Shown here: piece by piece, positions 29,818-43,796 of the stretch
Layout: the number at the start of each line of letters is the position of its first letter
How positions within the stretch are numbered: position 1 is the first letter of the stretch
Source of the DNA: an uncultured Candidatus Rokubacteria bacterium
Lineage (GTDB): Bacteria; Methylomirabilota; Methylomirabilia; Rokubacteriales; CSP1-6
DNA length: 64,000 bases
Reading direction: 5' to 3'
Assembly (NCBI GenBank): GCA_963758635.1
Contig: CAVWWD010000008.1
Span: 96,001-160,000 of the forward strand
Position numbers and translations under genes: made by a program
Notes under the pieces: generated by a model
Database searches by the model: none
What the model saw: only the letters and a program-made list of their open reading frames with translations
Told to the model about the DNA's origin: nothing

Positions 29818-31051
29818 ATGGACTTCACCGACACCCCGGAAGAGGCATCGTTCCGCCAGGAGACGCGCGCGTTCCTCGCCGCCAACGTCGAGCCCAAGCG
29901 CGGGACGTTCGAGACGTGGCAGAGCCGCCACGGGGACTACGAGGGTCTCCGGCTCGCCAAGGAGTTCCAGCGGAAGAAGGCCGAGGCCGGGCTCGCCGGC
30001 CTCCACTGGCCGAAGGACTGGGGCGGCCGCGGGCTGCCGCCGATCTACCAGGTCATCTACTCGCAGGAGGAGTCGCGCTATCTCGTGCCGCGCGGCTACT
30101 TCGAGATCGGCCTCGGCATGTGCATGCCGACGCTCTTCACCTACGGCACCGAGGAGCAGAAGCGGCGCTACGCGCCGGTGGCCCTGCGCGGCGAGGAGGT
30201 CTGGTGCCAGCTCTTCTCGGAGCCGGGCGCCGGCTCGGACCTCGCCGGGCTCCGCACGCGGTCCGTGAAGCGACGGCCACGAGTGGGTCGTGAACGGGCA
30301 GAAGATCTGGACGTCGGGCGCCCACTGGGCCGACATGGCCATCCTGGTCACCCGGAGCGATCCCAAGGTGGCCAAGCACAAGGGGCTCACGTTCTTCTTC
30401 CTGAGCATGAAGACGCCGGGGATCGAGACCCGGCGCATCAAGCAGATCTCCGGCGCCTCGCACTTCAACGAGGTGTACCTCACCGACGTGCGCATCCCCG
30501 ACAGCCAGCGCCTCGGCGCGGTGGGGCAGGGGTGGGGCGTCGCCATCACCACGCTCATGAACGAGCGCCTCAGCTCGGGCGAGTACCGCGGCCCCGACTT
30601 CGACGAGATCTTCTCCCTGGCCCGCGCGGTGGAGCTGGAGGACGGGCCGGCCATCAGGAACGCCGCGGTGCGCGAGCGCCTGGCCGACTTCTACGTGCGG
30701 AGCCAGGGCGTGCGCTGGTCGCGCTTCCGCACCATGACCGCGCTGTCGCGCGGCGACACGCCGGGCCCCGAGAACTCGATCGGCAAGCTGGTCCACGCCG
30801 CCAAGGGACAGGACATCGCCGCCTACGCGCTGGACCTGATGGACATGGGCGGGGTCGTCATGGACCACGAGTGGGCGCCAATGCGGGCCGCCTTCCAGGA
30901 GGCGCTCCTCTCGTCGCCCGGGTCGCGCATCGCGGCCGGCACCGACGAGATCCTTCGCAACATCATCGCCGAGCGTGTGCTCGGGCTCCCGCAGGACGTC
31001 CGCGTCGACCGCGAGCTGCCCTTCGAGGATCTGCCCACCGGCCGGCGCTAG
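29818..31051 (+). CDS. Acyl-CoA dehydrogenase, catalytic-type subunit (paralog of 9185-10411; apparent frameshift)
   Basis: WCQLFSEPGAGSDLA, NGQKIWTS, TLMNER. Confidence 0.92.
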
Positions 31052-31063
31052 AGGCGGCGCGCC

Positions 31064-32256
31064 ATGCCCGTTCCCCCCGGTGGCCTCGGCATCCGGCCGC
31101 GTCCGGCGGTCTCGGCTCGCGCGCGGCCGGCCCAGCTCCCGCCCCAGCTCCAGCGGTACGTGGATACGGCCCAGGCCGCGCTCGCGGAGCCGTTCACCGG
31201 CCTGACGACGGACGGCGCCGCCGTTCCCGGGCTCTTCTCCCTCGCGCCCACCGGCGTCTCGACGCGGCCGCTCGTGGACGCCGCCACCGCCTTCCTCGAC
31301 AGCCTCACCCCCGAGCAGCGCGCGCGGGCGCATGTTCCCGCTGGAGAGCCCGGCGTGGCGGCAGTGGAGCAACATCCATCCGTTCCTCATGCGCCACGGC
31401 GTCTCCCTCGACGAGATGACGCCGGTCCAGCGGGGCGGCGCCCTGGCCCTCCTCGGCGCCACGCCTGAGCGCGACGGCGCTCGACACCGCGCGCGACGTC
31501 ATGCGGCTCAACGAGCTCGTGCGGCTGATCACGGGGAGCGAGACCGAGTACGGCGAGTGGCTCTACTGGGTGAGCGTGATGGGCCGGCCGCAGGCCGGCG
31601 AGCCGTGGGGCTGGCAGATCGACGGCCACCATCTCATCGTGAACTGCTTCGTCCTCGGCGACCAGGTCGTCATGACGCCGCTCTTCATGGGATCGGAGCC
31701 GGTGTCGTTCCCGCCCGAGATGGGCGGGCGACGGATCTTCGGTGCCGAGGAGGGGAAGGGCCTCGCGCTGATGCGGACGCTGTCGCCCGAGCAGCGCCGC
31801 CGCGCCGTCCTGGGCGACACGCTGCCGATGGAGGTGTTCACGGCGGCCTTCCGCGACAACCTCCAGCTCCGCTACGAGGGGATCGACCACGGGGGCCTCA
31901 CCCCGGGGCAGCAGGCGATGGTGCGCGCGCTCCTCGAGCTCTACGTGAATCGCATGCGTCCGGGCCACGCCGCTGTGCGGATGGAGGAGGTGGAGCGGCA
32001 CCTGGCCGACACGCACTTCGCGTGGATGGGCGGCGTCGACGAGGACGCCGTCTTCTACTACCGGCTGCACAATCCGGTGATCCTGGTCGAGTTCGACCAC
32101 CAGCGAGGGATCGCGTTCGACAACGACCTCCCGTCGCGCCACCACATCCACACCGTGGTCCGCACGCCGAACGGCGGCGACTACGGGCACGACCTGCTGC
32201 GCCAGCACCACGCGCGCTTCGCTCACGGACGTCCGGCCGGCGCCGGGCGTCCCTGA
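31064..32256 (+). CDS. DUF3500 domain protein (apparent frameshifts)
   Basis: WRQWSN, PWGWQIDGHHL, YYRLHNP..LVEFDHQ, HIHTVVRTPNGGDYG. Confidence 0.85.
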
Positions 32257-32268
32257 GCTCCGGTCCCC

Positions 32269-35208
<2,940 letters not shown>

Positions 35209-35213
35209 GCCCG

Positions 35214-35576
35214 ATGCTGAAGTTCGATCACCTGATGATCCCCGTGAAGGACCTGGCGCGGTCGCGGGCCTGGTACGTGGAGACGCTCGGGCTCACCGTC
35301 GAGTTCGAGGTGGCCGAGCGGAGCTCGGTGGCGCTCCAGGACACCGCGGGCTTCACGATCTTCCTGCAGCAGTCGGCCGAGGGCACGCCGGCCCGCGGTG
35401 TCGCGCTTTACTTCCAGGTGGACGCGGTGGACGCGAGCTTCCAGGAGCTGTCGGGGCGCGGCGTGGCCTTCTCGCATGCGCCGACCAAGACGTTCTGGGG
35501 GTACGGGGCGGAGCTGGCCGATCCGGACGGCTACCTGATCCGGCTCTGGGACGAGCGATCCATGAAGGAGCGATAG
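35214..35576 (+). CDS. VOC/glyoxalase family protein
   Basis: FDHLMIPVKDL..SRAWY..LG, WG...LADPDG. Confidence 0.88.
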   Translation: MLKFDHLMIPVKDLARSRAWYVETLGLTVEFEVAERSSVALQDTAGFTIFLQQSAEGTPARGVALYFQVDAVDASFQELSGRGVAFSHAPTKTFWGYGAELADPDGYLIRLWDERSMKER

Positions 35577-35581
35577 CTCGG

Positions 35582-37480
35582 ATGGCCGACTTCGTCGCGT
35601 TCGAGGATGCCGCGATCGAGCAGTCCATCCCCGAGCGGTTCGCGTGGCAGGCGGCGCGGCAGCCGGACCGACCGGCCGTCGTCTCCCCCGAGACGGCGCT
35701 GACGTACGCGGAGCTTGCCCGCTCCGCGGACGCGGTCGCCCGAGCGGTGCGGGCTGTCCTCGGCGACGGAGAGGAGCCGGTGGCCCTGCTCTTGCGCCAC
35801 GGACCTGGCCTCGTCGCGGCCATCCTCGGCGTGCTCCGCGCGGGAAAGATCTACGTCGCCCTCGATCCCTCGGAGCCGGACTTGCGGCAGCAGTACGTGC
35901 TGGAGGACACGGGGGCGCGGCTCCTCCTGACCGACGGCGCGTATCGAGAGGTGGCCGCGCGGCTGGCCGGTGGGCGCGCGGTGCTGGAGTGCGACGACCT
36001 CGGCGCGGCCGGCGCGACGACCGCGGCGAGCCCGGCGGCGCTCGGCCCGTTCCCCGCGCCCGGCGCGGGCTCGCTGATCCTGTACACCTCGGGCTCCACC
36101 GGGCGCCCGAAGGGCGTGCTCCACAGCCACCGGAGCATCCTGGTCGACACGCGGAACTGCGCCAACGACATGCGCATCGCGCCGGACGACCGCCTCGCCC
36201 TGATCCACTCCTGCAGCCACGCGAACTCCGTGCGCAACGTGTACGGCGCGCTGCTGAGCGGCGCCACCCTCTGCACCTTCGATCTCGCCGCGGAGGGCGT
36301 GCGGCCCATGGCGGCGTGGCTCCGGTCGAGCGGCGTCACGATCCTCCACACGCTCGCCACGACCTATCGCCGCTTCCTCCAGGCCCTGGGGCCGGGCGAC
36401 GCGTTTCCCGATCTTCGCGTGCTGCGCCTCGGCGGCGAGCCGATCAGCCGGGATGACGTCGAGGAGTTCCAGCGACGCTTCCCGCCGCCGTGCGTGCTCA
36501 TGCACGCGATGGGCCCCACCGAGACGCTGACGGTGTGCCGTCACTTCATCGGCCACGACTGGACGAGCGCGGAGGCCAAGGTGCCGGTGGGCCATCCCAT
36601 GCGCGACAAGGACGTGCTGATCCTGGACGAGGCGCGGCAGGAGGTGGCGACGGGCGAGGTCGGCGAGATCGCGGTGCGGAGCCGTCACCTCGCGCTCGGC
36701 TACTGGCGGCGGCCCGACCTCACGGGCGCGGCGTTCCTGCCCGACCCCGCGGGGGGCGACGCGCGGATCTACCTGACGGGCGACCTGGGACTCATGCGGC
36801 CGGACGGATCGCTGGTCCACATGGGCCGCAAGGACTTCCAGGTGAAGATCCGCGGCCAGCGGGTGGAGGTGGGCGAGGTCGAGACCGCGCTCCGGAGCGT
36901 GGAGGCCGTGCGGGCCGCGGTGGTCCACGCGCGGCCCCAGGACGGCGAGCCGCGTCTGGTCGCCTACGTGGTGCCGGCGGCGGGCGCCGCGCCCACCGTG
37001 AGCGAGCTGCGTCGCGCGCTGGCCGGAGCCCTGCCCGAGTACATGGTGCCGACGGCCTTCGTGTTCCTCGACGACCTGCCGCAGCTCCCCAACGGGAAGG
37101 TGGACCGGCGAAGGCTGCCCGCGCCGGGGCGGGATCGTCCGGCCCTGGACGAGCCCTACGTGGCGCCGGGGACCCCGTTCGAGCGGGAGGTGGCGCGCAT
37201 CTGGTCGGAGACGCTCGACGTGGAGCCGGTCGGCATCCACGACCACTTCCTCGACCTGGGCGGCCACTCGCTGCTGGCCGGCCAGGTGCTGACGCGCATC
37301 GTGGAGGCGTTCCGCATCGAGCTCACGATGCCGGCGCTGGCGACGTCGCCCACGGTGGCGGAGCTCGCCGCGCTGATCGTGGAACGGTGCGCGGCCGGCG
37401 CGGATCCGTCGCGGCTGGAGGGGTTCCTGGCCCGTGACGACGCGCCGTCGCGCGCGGCGAGGCCGGACAGCCCGCGGTGA
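35582..37480 (+). CDS. Stand-alone NRPS-like adenylation-carrier (A-T) didomain
   Basis: YTSGSTGRPKG (A3), GPTE, YLTGDLG, GRKDFQVKIRG, NGKVDR (A10), PCP motif FLDLGGHSL. Confidence 0.92.
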   Translation: MADFVAFEDAAIEQSIPERFAWQAARQPDRPAVVSPETALTYAELARSADAVARAVRAVLGDGEEPVALLLRHGPGLVAAILGVLRAGKIYVALDPSEPDLRQQYVLEDTGARLLLTDGAYREVAARLAGGRAVLECDDLGAAGATTAASPAALGPFPAPGAGSLILYTSGSTGRPKGVLHSHRSILVDTRNCANDMRIAPDDRLALIHSCSHANSVRNVYGALLSGATLCTFDLAAEGVRPMAAWLRSSGVTILHTLATTYRRFLQALGPGDAFPDLRVLRLGGEPISRDDVEEFQRRFPPPCVLMHAMGPTETLTVCRHFIGHDWTSAEAKVPVGHPMRDKDVLILDEARQEVATGEVGEIAVRSRHLALGYWRRPDLTGAAFLPDPAGGDARIYLTGDLGLMRPDGSLVHMGRKDFQVKIRGQRVEVGEVETALRSVEAVRAAVVHARPQDGEPRLVAYVVPAAGAAPTVSELRRALAGALPEYMVPTAFVFLDDLPQLPNGKVDRRRLPAPGRDRPALDEPYVAPGTPFEREVARIWSETLDVEPVGIHDHFLDLGGHSLLAGQVLTRIVEAFRIELTMPALATSPTVAELAALIVERCAAGADPSRLEGFLARDDAPSRAARPDSPR

Positions 37481-37481
37481 T

Positions 37482-38306
37482 CTACGTCCCGCCGTTGACG
37501 ACCAGCGTCTGCCCGCTCACGTAGTCGCTGTCGGGGCTGCAGAAGAGGTAGATCGCGCCCGCCGCCTCCGCCGGCGTGCCGCCCCGGCCGAGCGGGATGA
37601 TCTGGTTCATGGCGGCGATCCGGGCGGGCTGCACGCCCACCTTCACCTGGCGGCCCTGCACCTCGATGGTGCCGGACGTGCCCTCGGTGAGCGGCACGGT
37701 GAGACGGGTCTGGATGTAGCCGAACGCCACGCAGTTCACCGTGACCGCGTAGCGCCCCCACTCCTTGGCGAGCGTCCGCGTCATGCCGGTGACCGCGGCC
37801 TTGCCCGCCGAGTAGTTGATCTGCCCGGCGTTCCCGTTCGTGCCCGAGGTGGAGGAGACGAACACCACCTTGCGGATCACGCGCGCGCCCGCCGCCGCCT
37901 CCGCCTCGTGGAACTGCTTGATGTACGGCTGGGCGGCGCGGAGGATGCGGAACGGCGCCGTCATGTGCACGTCGACGATGGCGTACCACTGCTCGTCGGA
38001 CATCTTCTGGATGACGTTGTCCCAGGTGTAGCCGGCGTTGTTGACGACGATGTGGAGCCCGCCGAGCTCCTTCACCGCCGTCTCGACGATCCGCTCGCCG
38101 AAGTCCTTGGCGGTGACGTCGCCGGTGCAGGCGGCGGCGCGGGCGCCGAGCGCCTTGATCATGGAAACGGTCTCGGCGGCGGGCGCGTCGTCCAGGTCGT
38201 TGACGACCACCCTGGCTCCGTCGCGCGCCAGCCTCAGCGCGACCTCGCGGCCGATGCCCCGGCCCGATCCGGTGACGATGGCGACCTTGCCGTCGAGCTG
38301 ACCCAT
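37482..38306 (-). CDS. SDR oxidoreductase (FabG-like)
   Basis: TGSGRGIG, NNAG, NYSAGK. Confidence 0.92.
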   Translation of the reverse strand: MGQLDGKVAIVTGSGRGIGREVALRLARDGARVVVNDLDDAPAAETVSMIKALGARAAACTGDVTAKDFGERIVETAVKELGGLHIVVNNAGYTWDNVIQKMSDEQWYAIVDVHMTAPFRILRAAQPYIKQFHEAEAAAGARVIRKVVFVSSTSGTNGNAGQINYSAGKAAVTGMTRTLAKEWGRYAVTVNCVAFGYIQTRLTVPLTEGTSGTIEVQGRQVKVGVQPARIAAMNQIIPLGRGGTPAEAAGAIYLFCSPDSDYVSGQTLVVNGGT

Positions 38307-38326
38307 GGGAGACCTCCGGGGACATT

Positions 38327-38417
38327 TGTGAAGGAACGCGGATTTCGGTTTCAGCGTGCGGGCCAACACCGCGATTCTGCGGGCGCGCGGCGGCCGTGTC
38401 GCCGTTCATTCCCGATC
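38327..38417 (-). repeat. Dispersed ~95-nt intergenic element, copy 3
   Basis: Homologous to 4361-4461 and 12041-12133. Confidence 0.8.
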
Positions 38418-38418
38418 C

Positions 38419-39276
38419 TCAGATGAGGGAGTAGCCGCTGCCCTTGCGGCCGCCCGGCATGCCCGTGCCCTTGGCCTCGGCGATCCAGCCGAACTCCTTC
38501 AGGATGAGCTGGCTGTACGTGACGCGCCCGCTGACCTTCTCGACGGGCTCGGTGGCCAAGAGGAGGGCGGCCCGCGCCATCAGGATCGGGTGCTCCCCGC
38601 GCGGATCGTCCATGCTGCTCACGAGCCGGTGATACACGGTGCCGGGCGTGGGCACCACCTGGGACGGCGACAGCGCGGTCACCGAGATCCCGTGGCGATA
38701 CACCTCGCCGGCCAGCCCCTGCGTCATGCGCTCGAGCGCCGCCTTCTCCGCTCCGTAGCACGTGCCGCCGCGGTTGAGCGCGGGGTCCTCCGCGTACGGC
38801 CCGCGCCCGGGGCCGATGGCCGCGCCGGAGGAGATGTTGACGATGCTTCCGCTCCGCCGCGGGATCATGTCTTCCAGGACGAGCCGCGAGAGGATGAACG
38901 GCGCGTGGAGGTTCACCGCCCACGAGCGCAGCCACTTGTTGGTGGGGAACTCCGCGATCGGGATGTAGTAGGTGAGGGCGGCGTTGTTGACGAGCACGTC
39001 CACCGACCCGTAGGCGTCCCGGACCGCCTTGACCAGCCGCTCGCACTCCGCGGGCTCGGCGATGTTGGAGGCGAATGCGGTGGCCTCGCCGCCCTTGGCG
39101 TGGATGTCGGCCACCGTCCGCTCGAGCGAGCCCTCGAGCGGGTGGTCGCCCTCGCGGACGGTGCGGGCGGCGCAGGCCACGCGGCCGCCTTCCTCCGCGA
39201 AGAGCCGCGCGATCTCCGCGCCGATGCCGCGGCTGGCCCCGGTGACGAGGACGACCTTCCCGTCGAGCTTGCCCAC
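38419..39276 (-). CDS. SDR oxidoreductase
   Basis: TGASRGIG, LVNNAA, YGAEK. Confidence 0.9.
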   Translation of the reverse strand: MGKLDGKVVLVTGASRGIGAEIARLFAEEGGRVACAARTVREGDHPLEGSLERTVADIHAKGGEATAFASNIAEPAECERLVKAVRDAYGSVDVLVNNAALTYYIPIAEFPTNKWLRSWAVNLHAPFILSRLVLEDMIPRRSGSIVNISSGAAIGPGRGPYAEDPALNRGGTCYGAEKAALERMTQGLAGEVYRHGISVTALSPSQVVPTPGTVYHRLVSSMDDPRGEHPILMARAALLLATEPVEKVSGRVTYSQLILKEFGWIAEAKGTGMPGGRKGSGYSLI

Positions 39277-39284
39277 CGCGACGA

Positions 39285-40758
39285 TCAGCCTTTCGCCACG
39301 AGCTTCGCCACCGCGTCCTCGACCACCGTGCCCTTGAAGAAGTCCGGGTTCAGCGCGGTGTGCAGGCGCGCGGGGTTCGAGAAGAGGAACTCGCGGAGGT
39401 CGTCCTCCGTGATCATGCCGTGCTCGACGAGCTCGTACGCCTCCTCCAGCACCTCGGTCATGTCCACCACGTCGAAGTGCCCGACGTCGGAGCTGAAGAT
39501 GGGGCGGAGACGGTGCTGGCCGTGGCGGTCGAACGCCCACGCCGTGATCGGATCGTCGGCCTCGCAGCCGAAGTAGAAGCGCTCGGAGAAGTGCTGGCGG
39601 AGCGCCTCCGCGGACTCCACGGGCACCGCGCCGAAGTCGTCGAACCGTTCCTTCTCCTTGTAGGCGCGATCCGTGAGCTCCTCGGCGGTCCGGAAGGGCT
39701 CGGCGAGCGCGATGCAGTTCACGATCTCGTCCCACTTGTCCTCGTACACGCGGCCGCCGTACTGCACGAACAGGTCCTTCAGCATCTGGAGGTCGATGTT
39801 CGTGGGCCGCGTCTGGCTCTCCATGGCGCCGCGGCGCCGCTTCTCCCAGTGGCCGACGAGGTCGGTGAGGAGGTTGCACGCCCAGCCCACGCCGCCCTCC
39901 AGGAAGCCGAAGCGGAGCTCGGGGAAGCGGTGGGTGACGCCGCCGAGGATCAGGGCCTTGGCGAAGGCGTGGCTCGCGTTGGCGAAGTGGCCGATGTGGT
40001 TGTAGGTGAAGCTGTTGACCGACTCGCGCCCGTTCCAGCCCATGCTGCCCGAGTGCCCGGTGATGGCCACCTTGAGCTCCGCGCAGCGCCGCCAGAACGG
40101 ATCGTAGTCGTACGGGCTGTCCAGGCCGAGCGAGTCGACGTACATCCGCGCGTGCGCGTTCGCGTCGGCGACCTGGCGGGCGGCCGCGGGCACGGGCCGG
40201 CGCACGTGGTTGGCGATCATCAGCACCTTGAGGCCCAGCTCGCGCACCGCGTAGGTGGCCTCCTCGATGGCCTCCTCCGGCGTGTGGACGGGCACCACCG
40301 CGGCCGGCGTCATCCGGTGCTTGAACGGGGCGAACATGTCCGCGTTCATCCGGTTCACCGCGCGCGACACCGCGCGGCGCAGCTCGTCGTCCGGGTTGGA
40401 GACGTAGAAGAGGCCGAGCGAGGTGTAGACCACGGCGAAGTCGATGCCGAAGTCGTCGAGGCGCTCGTAGAAGAGGCGGGGCACCATCGCGGTGGCGCGG
40501 TCGACGGTGCGGGCCGGCTCTCCCCACCACGTGGGCCGCTGGACGCGGCGTTCCAGGCGCTCGTCGGCAGCTCCACCCGTACCACGGCACGTCCGAGGCC
40601 TTCTTCCGGAACCGATCCACCATGGACGGCCCCGCCACGTCGCGGAGGTAGTCGAGGAAGATCGGGATGGGCTCGAGCCAGTGGCCGTCCCCGTCGATCA
40701 CGGGATGGTCGAGGCGAGCGCGCACTGCGGCCGACTTGGAATCGCGGGAATAGGCCAT
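39285..40758 (-). CDS. Amidohydrolase family protein (apparent frameshift)
   Basis: VIDGDGHWLE, YDPFW, RFPELRFGFLEGG, FSSDVGHFD. Confidence 0.88.
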
Positions 40759-40800
40759 GTGTGCCCTCCTGTGGGACGGACGACGAGCGTCTGAGCCCTT

Positions 40801-40829
40801 TTTGTAGGCGATTCGGCCGGGTCAGTCAA
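40801..40829 (-). promoter_or_regulatory. Putative sigma70 promoter of the amidohydrolase operon
   Basis: Minus strand TTGACT-17 nt-TACAAA, upstream of the RBS AGGAGG. Confidence 0.5.
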
Positions 40830-40926
40830 GGCGGAAGGGCCCGCTCGTCCGTTGACAGGACGGCCGGCGCTGGTGTGTCATGATGCGCGCGACGCGACAT
40901 ACCCGCGAGTCCACGAGGAGCCCCCG

Positions 40927-42564
40927 ATGATCCGATGGCCCGGCGGCGTGACGATGGCGACGGCGCTCGTTCTGCTCCTGACCCCTGGGGCGTGGGCGCA
41001 GCCACGCGTCGATGGAGCGCCCATCGACCCCGACGGCGAGCTGGTGGTCGCCCTCGCCGACGACACCAACAACATGGACCCGCGGATCGGCATGGGCTCG
41101 ATCCGCTCGAACTACATCCGCCAGGTCTTCGAGAGCCTGGTCGACGTGGACGCGCAGGGCAAGCCCGCGCCCGGCCTGGCGCTCAGCTGGAAGCCGGTGA
41201 GCGACCTCGTGTGGGAGTTCGCGCTGCGCAAGAATGTGCGCTTCCACGACGGCGAGCCGTTCAACGCGGACACCGTGCTGTTCAACCTGGACCGCTTCTT
41301 CCGGAAGAACCTCGACAAGTGGGGCATCCAGGACGTGGCCGCGGGCACGTCGTTCGAGAAGGTCTACCCGTGGGTGACGCGCTGGGAGAAGGTGGACGAC
41401 CACACCGTGCGCGTTCACACGAGCGAGCCGTCGCCGAACCTGTGGGACTACATCGGGCGCGAACCGCTGGTGCCGAAGGCCTACACGATCAAGAACGGCG
41501 TGGCCGGCTTGAACGAGCGGCCCGTGGGCACGGGCCCGTGGCGCATGGTCGAGTGGAAGCGGAAGGACTCGATGCGCTTCGAGCGCTTCGACGGCTACTG
41601 GGGCGCCGCGCCGCAGTTCAAGCGCCTGCGCTTCCAGGCCGTGCCCGAGGGCGCGGCGCGCATCGCCGCGCTGCGCGCCGGGCAGGTGAGCCTGATCGAG
41701 GCGGTGCCCCCGCTCGACGCCGGCGTCCTCGCGCGCGACCCCGCGGTGACCGTGGTCTCGAGCCCACAGAAGCTCCTGTGCCGCCTCTACGTCAACGGCC
41801 GGCCCAAGGACAAGTACGACGGCGGCGGCAAGGACGGCCTCTGGGGCGACGCGAAGCTCCGCATGGCGCTGAACCTGGCGGTGAACCGCGACGGCGTCAT
41901 CAAGAAGATCTTCCACGGGTACGCGCTGGCCAACGCGTCGCCGGTGTCCACCGTGTCCTCCGGCTACGCCGCCCAGGAGGGCTACGCCTACGATCCCGCG
42001 CGCGCGAAGGCCCTCCTGGCCGAGGCGGGCTGGAAGGACAGGAACGGCGACGGCTTCGCCGACAAGGGCGGCGAGACCCTGGCGATCCAGATCCACTTCC
42101 CGACCAAGCACTACGGGCAGGCCTTCGACGAGATGACGCCGGCGGTGGTCGAGATGCTGAAGGACATCGGCGTCCAGGCCACGCTCAAGCCGATGGACTT
42201 CGGCTCGCTCCTCCAGGTGGTCCAGAAGGGCACGCTGCCCCCGAACGGGGGCTTCACGGCGTGCCGGACCAGCAACAACCTGGACGCCGACGACTACGTG
42301 CGTGACTGGGCGTCGATCACGCTGATCAACTGGGCCCCGTACCCGCCCGAGCTGGCTGCGCTCTACACGCAGACCCGCCGCGAGGTGGACCCGGCCAAGC
42401 GCCTGCGCCTCCTCGCCGACCTCCAGCGCCAGATCCGCGACTGGGCCCCCGTCGTCCCGCTGTACCAGGAAGTGAAGGTCTACGCCCACGCCAAGCGCGT
42501 CCTCAAGTTCACCCCCACGCCCGAGCTGAACATGGACTTCCGCGGCGTCGCGCTCCGGAAGTGA
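40927..42564 (+). CDS. ABC transporter peptide/nickel substrate-binding protein (family 5)
   Basis: PGLALSW, LRKNVRFHDGEPFNA, PVGTGPW. Confidence 0.92.
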   Translation: MIRWPGGVTMATALVLLLTPGAWAQPRVDGAPIDPDGELVVALADDTNNMDPRIGMGSIRSNYIRQVFESLVDVDAQGKPAPGLALSWKPVSDLVWEFALRKNVRFHDGEPFNADTVLFNLDRFFRKNLDKWGIQDVAAGTSFEKVYPWVTRWEKVDDHTVRVHTSEPSPNLWDYIGREPLVPKAYTIKNGVAGLNERPVGTGPWRMVEWKRKDSMRFERFDGYWGAAPQFKRLRFQAVPEGAARIAALRAGQVSLIEAVPPLDAGVLARDPAVTVVSSPQKLLCRLYVNGRPKDKYDGGGKDGLWGDAKLRMALNLAVNRDGVIKKIFHGYALANASPVSTVSSGYAAQEGYAYDPARAKALLAEAGWKDRNGDGFADKGGETLAIQIHFPTKHYGQAFDEMTPAVVEMLKDIGVQATLKPMDFGSLLQVVQKGTLPPNGGFTACRTSNNLDADDYVRDWASITLINWAPYPPELAALYTQTRREVDPAKRLRLLADLQRQIRDWAPVVPLYQEVKVYAHAKRVLKFTPTPELNMDFRGVALRK

Positions 42565-42607
42565 CGCGCGCGCACCACAACAACGGCTCGCGTTCTTGCC
42601 GCGGGGA

Positions 42608-42815
42608 CGCCGGGGCGCGGGGGCCGGGGTCCCCGTGCGCACCCGGTGGCGCCGCGAGGGCCGACAAAAGGCGGGCGGGGCGAGCGCGCCCCCCCAACCC
42701 CCAGAGGGGGCCGCGCGTGGGCTGCCGACCCGTTGCGGTGCGCTCGCCCCGCCCGCTGCGCGAGGCGCTTCGCCACAAGGGTGCTTACGGGGACCCCGGC
42801 CCCCACGCCCCGGCG
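42608..42815. mobile_element. ~210-bp long-hairpin (MITE-like) element
   Basis: 37-bp outer inverted repeat (42608-42644 / 42779-42815, 3 mismatches) and perfect 17-bp inner inverted repeat (42671-42687 / 42740-42756). Confidence 0.7.
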
Positions 42816-42872
42816 CCGCGTGGCCATCATCTGACGCCTACTTCAGCTGGCGTGTGAGACGACGAACGCGAG

Positions 42873-43796
42873 ATGCGCGCGTTCCTTGTGCGTCGTCTGC
42901 TGCATGCGCTCTTCGTGGTCTGGGGCGTCGTCACGGTCGTCTTCTTTCTCGTCCGCCTGACTGGCGACCCCGCCGTGTTCCTGGTGGACCAGAGCGCGAC
43001 GCAGGCGGAGATCGCGCATGCCCGCCGCCTGCTCGGGCTGGACCGGCCCGTGCTCGTCCAGTACGCGGACTTCCTCGCCGCCATACCGCGCGGCGACTTC
43101 GGCCTGTCGATCCGCGAGAAGCGCCCGGCGATGCGCATGGTGCTGGAGCATCTCTGGCCCGCCACGGTGCAGCTGTCGCTCGCCGCGCTGCTCCTCTCCA
43201 CGCTGCCGGCCATTCCGCTCGGCGTCGTATCGGCCACGCGGCGCGGCGGGCTGCCCGATCACCTGAGCCGCATCGGCTCGCTGCTGCTCCAGTCCATGCC
43301 GAGCTTCTGGCTGGGCATCGTGCTCATCCTGATCTTCGCGGTCGGTTTCGGCGGGCTCCTGCCCGCCTATGGCTCCGGCTCCCTGCGCCACCTGATCCTC
43401 CCCGCGATCACGCTCGCCGCCGCGCCGCTGGCCCAGAACGTGCGGCTGGTCCGCGCCGGCATGCTCGAGGTGCTCGGGCAGGACTACGTCCGCACGGCGC
43501 GCGCGAAGGGCCTGGCCGAGCGCCTCGTGATCTACCGGCACGGCCTCTGGAACGCCGCCATCCCCGTGCTCACCGTGACCGGGCTGTCGCTCGGCTTCAT
43601 GCTGTCGGGCGCCATCATCATCGAGACCGTGTTCTCGTGGCCCGGTCTCGGACGGCTCATCGTGCAGGCGGTGCCCGGGCGCGACTTCCCGGTCATCCAG
43701 GCCGGCGTGTTCGTGTTCGCGGTGATCTTCGTGGCGCTGAACCTGGCGGTCGACGCGCTCTACGCGGTGGTCGACCCGCGCATCCGGGTGGCGTGA
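42873..43796 (+). CDS. ABC transporter permease (DppB-like)
   Basis: DYVRTARAKGL, IETVFSWPGLG. Confidence 0.93.
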   Translation: MRAFLVRRLLHALFVVWGVVTVVFFLVRLTGDPAVFLVDQSATQAEIAHARRLLGLDRPVLVQYADFLAAIPRGDFGLSIREKRPAMRMVLEHLWPATVQLSLAALLLSTLPAIPLGVVSATRRGGLPDHLSRIGSLLLQSMPSFWLGIVLILIFAVGFGGLLPAYGSGSLRHLILPAITLAAAPLAQNVRLVRAGMLEVLGQDYVRTARAKGLAERLVIYRHGLWNAAIPVLTVTGLSLGFMLSGAIIIETVFSWPGLGRLIVQAVPGRDFPVIQAGVFVFAVIFVALNLAVDALYAVVDPRIRVA

